Below are positions 37,460 through 40,000 of a DNA stretch of 40,000 bases, one piece after another; position 1 is the first letter of the stretch, and each line of letters starts with the position of its first letter. This DNA comes from Agarivorans gilvus (GTDB lineage: Bacteria; Pseudomonadota; Gammaproteobacteria; Enterobacterales; Celerinatantimonadaceae). Both the position numbers and the translations under genes were made by a program. The notes beneath the pieces were generated by a model. The model saw only the letters and a list, made by a program, of their open reading frames with translations, was not told the DNA's origin and did not search any database. The stretch lies in NCBI RefSeq assembly GCF_001420915.1, contig NZ_CP013021.1:2428361-2468360 (forward strand), read 5' to 3'.

Positions 37460-38908
37460 TTAGCCATAGTTGAAATAAACTGTCTTCTTCTGCAAGTAGC
37501 CTTCAAGACCATGTTTACCATCTTCACCACCGACTCCACTACGCTTAAATCCGGTATGAAATCCATTCAGTAGTTCACCGTTAGGTCTATTAACGTAAAT
37601 TTCACCTACTTCCAACTCATTGACGGCCTTCATCACCTTCCTGACATCATGAGTAAACACGTAACCCGATAGTCCCAAATCAATATCATTTGCCAGCTCT
37701 AATGCATGTTCAAGATCTTTTACTGGCATTGCTGTAACAATAGGACCAAAAGTTTCCTTCTTCATGATCTCCATATTGTTATCAACATCGACGATCACAG
37801 TCGGCTCAAACCAATAACCTTTCTCAAATTGAGGCCCTGTTGGCACACTGCCACCGCAAGCTATAGTGGCCCCTTGCTGTTTAGCCCTTTCTACAAGCCC
37901 AACTAAATTATCAATTTCACGGGCATTCACTTTTGGACCTATGTCGCTAGTCTCAAGCATCGGATCACCGACTCGAAGAGACTTCGCTTTAGCGACAAAC
38001 TTCTCCATGAACTCATCGAAAACGCCTTGTTGAATATACATTCGCTCATTCGAAGTACATATTTGACCACAATTACCAAAAGCCGATTGAATAGCTAATT
38101 CAACGACATGATCTACATCAACATCATCCAACACTATAAATGGAGCTTTCCCTCCTAATTCTAGATTGAGTGCGGTGATATTCTCTGAAGCAGAACGATA
38201 CAAAATTGACCCTACTTCAGAGCTTCCTGTAAGGGTAACTAGTTTTGTAATGGGATTACGTACCAATTCATCACCAACAGTGGCCCCCTCTCCTGAAACG
38301 ATATTAACTACACCCACAGGGAAACCAGCCTTTTCCACTAGTTCTCCCAACAATAAAACAGCTAAAGGCGTATCTGCAGGAGGCATTACTACCATTGTGT
38401 TACCAGTAACTAATGCATTCCCCAGCTTGCGAGCAGCCAATGCCAACGGGTAATTCCACGCCAACAGGCCAACAGTTACACCATAAGGTACACGTTGAAT
38501 CCAAATCTGTTCATCTGAATTTTCACTTGTAACAATCTCTCCCTCAATTCGACGAGCAGATTCGACCGCGTAACGGAAAAAGCCTACAGACCCCTTAACT
38601 TCACCAAGAGCGTCTTTATATAACTTACCTTGCTCTTTAGTTAATAACGTCGCGAAACGCTCAGTATTTTCTTCTAACAAATCTGCTAGCTTGGCCACAT
38701 AACCGGCTCGAACTTGAGCAGGCAAGCGCTGCCAGTCTTTTTGCGCAGTTTGAGCTCCTTCTAAGGCTCGTTTAGCGTCCTCTCTTTCAGCTTTAGCTGC
38801 ATATCCAACAACACTTTCGTCTGTAGGGCTAAGAACTTCAATTAGTTCCTTTCCTACTGCTTCACACCATTCTCCGTTAATATACATCTTATGGGTAATA
38901 GAGCTCAT
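37460..38908 (-). CDS. NAD(P)+ aldehyde dehydrogenase (candidate 3,6-anhydro-L-galactose dehydrogenase)
   Basis: 482 aa. ALDH signatures LELGGKAP and FGNCGQICTS (catalytic Cys). The substrate call is inferred from the agar catabolic context only. Confidence 0.8.
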   Translation of the reverse strand: MSSITHKMYINGEWCEAVGKELIEVLSPTDESVVGYAAKAEREDAKRALEGAQTAQKDWQRLPAQVRAGYVAKLADLLEENTERFATLLTKEQGKLYKDALGEVKGSVGFFRYAVESARRIEGEIVTSENSDEQIWIQRVPYGVTVGLLAWNYPLALAARKLGNALVTGNTMVVMPPADTPLAVLLLGELVEKAGFPVGVVNIVSGEGATVGDELVRNPITKLVTLTGSSEVGSILYRSASENITALNLELGGKAPFIVLDDVDVDHVVELAIQSAFGNCGQICTSNERMYIQQGVFDEFMEKFVAKAKSLRVGDPMLETSDIGPKVNAREIDNLVGLVERAKQQGATIACGGSVPTGPQFEKGYWFEPTVIVDVDNNMEIMKKETFGPIVTAMPVKDLEHALELANDIDLGLSGYVFTHDVRKVMKAVNELEVGEIYVNRPNGELLNGFHTGFKRSGVGGEDGKHGLEGYLQKKTVYFNYG

Positions 38909-38932
38909 ATATCCCTCGACTAAATTTGCACT

Positions 38933-38946
38933 AGTGGTAAACCAAT
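38933..38946. promoter_or_regulatory. Candidate GntR/FadR operator box AGTGGTAAACCAAT
   Basis: 11/12 match, 25 bp upstream of the ALDH start on the - strand. Confidence 0.5.
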
Positions 38947-38964
38947 GGGTTTATTTTACACAGT

Positions 38965-38978
38965 ATTGGTTAACCATA
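38965..38978. promoter_or_regulatory. Candidate GntR/FadR operator box ATTGGTTAACCATA
   Basis: 10/12 match. Two weaker boxes lie at 39088-39101 (TTTGGTTGACAAGT) and 39099-39112 (AGTGTTTAACCAAC), just upstream of the regulator gene. This suggests autoregulation. Confidence 0.45.
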
Positions 38979-39220
38979 GGAGTGATGCAAGTCACACCTT
39001 CCGCAGTTTGTGAAGTGCCCCCCAAAAAACTTAATAACAAATAATTGAAATATATAGGTCCATTCTCTTAGAATGTTGTTAATACCGTTTGGTTGACAAG
39101 TGTTTAACCAACAACTTATCCCGTAGGCAATTGAGTTGGCTTATGAAAGCTTAACAGTAGAAGCAGAAAGTGGATTGCTCCTACACCAATTACCGCCTAA
39201 AACAAAAAGCTGGTTACCCC

Positions 39221-40000
39221 ATGAAGCAAACAGAAACAAAACGGCGCTATTATGAAGTTGGCCTTCAGATTGAAGAACTACTGTTTTCAGGTGTTTTTAA
39301 AGCTGGGGCCCGCTTACCATCAGAACGAGAGTTAAGCGAGCGTTTTGATACCAGTAGAGCAACAGTTCGCGAAGCTATCATCATGCTCGAATTAAAAGGA
39401 CTTGTTACTGTTCGTCAAGGCGCCGGTATATTCTTTACCGAAACCCCGGATAGCACAACTAATCGCCATATACTCCCTAAAAGTGATATAGGCCCCTTCG
39501 AGTTATTACAAGCACGACAAATAATAGAGAGTAACATCGCGGCTTTCGCTTCTACACAAATTAAATTCAGCGAACTACGAGAGTTAAAACAAGTATTGGC
39601 TATGCAAGAAAGTGAAATAAATGGCAATAGCGATAAATTTGAACAGCTAGACCAACAATTTCATGTCTTAATAGCAGAATCAACCCAAAACAGAGTACTG
39701 ATCAATCAAGCAGTGGATATGTGGAGCCATGTTCGTACAGCCAACCCTTTGTGGAATGAGTTGAATAACCAGTTCTTACACGAAGAAAGATTGCAAACTT
39801 TATGGATTGATGACCACAAAAAAATTCTATTAGCGCTACAAAAACGCTCCCCAACAGAAGCTCGCAACGCGGTGTGGCAACATATAGAAAACAGCAAACA
39901 AGAATTGTTGCGCCTATCTAACCTTGAAAATACCGATGCCGATACAGATGACTTCTTTTTCGCCGTGGAGTTTGATACAGACTTTGCGCACCCTGAATGA
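39221..40000 (+). CDS. GntR-family transcriptional regulator, FadR subfamily (UxuR/ExuR-like)
   Basis: The track ORF starts at a GTG at 39170. I prefer the ATG at 39221 (MKQTETKRRYYEVG...). N-terminal winged HTH LPSERELSERFDTSRATVREAIIMLELKGLVTVRQGAGIFF, then an all-helical FCD-type C-terminal domain. The stop is at the last base of the window. Confidence 0.85.
   Translation: MKQTETKRRYYEVGLQIEELLFSGVFKAGARLPSERELSERFDTSRATVREAIIMLELKGLVTVRQGAGIFFTETPDSTTNRHILPKSDIGPFELLQARQIIESNIAAFASTQIKFSELRELKQVLAMQESEINGNSDKFEQLDQQFHVLIAESTQNRVLINQAVDMWSHVRTANPLWNELNNQFLHEERLQTLWIDDHKKILLALQKRSPTEARNAVWQHIENSKQELLRLSNLENTDADTDDFFFAVEFDTDFAHPE

Overview
The gene content looks like a marine agarolytic gammaproteobacterium (Vibrio, Agarivorans or Alteromonadales type); I cannot assign a taxon from sequence alone. 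The flanks (1-15.0 kb and 27.3-40 kb) form one agar / neoagaro-oligosaccharide utilisation locus. It holds three GH50 paralogues, a GH16 beta-agarase with a ricin-type CBM13, GH117, GH2, a LamB-like porin and two MFS transporters. It also holds a 3,6-anhydro-L-galactose to KDPG route: aldehyde dehydrogenase, enolase-type cycloisomerase, KdgK, Eda and three further oxidoreductases. A GntR/FadR regulator sits at the right end, and an ATTGGTnnACCAAT-like palindrome recurs in almost every promoter region. The locus is split by a roughly 12 kb accessory island (about 15.03-27.29 kb) that looks more AT-rich by eye and has no integrase or transposase. The island carries an AbiV-like gene, a RexA/RexB-like pair, umuDC with a perfect SOS box, a secreted DRGH nuclease, an HNH-like 426-aa protein and small cassette-like genes. 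It also carries a TrpRS-II type trpS paralogue preceded by a trpL-like leader ORF ending ...LWWRSH-stop. The least explained signals are non-coding: short hairpin modules recur in the island spacers, and two copies show compensatory base changes. There is also a 14-bp self-complementary tandem repeat and one attC-like imperfect palindrome. Three catabolic genes carry single-base deletions, two of them in G/C runs, which suggests assembly indel errors rather than real pseudogenes. All homology calls rest on my reading of the translations and recalled family motifs. No database search was run.
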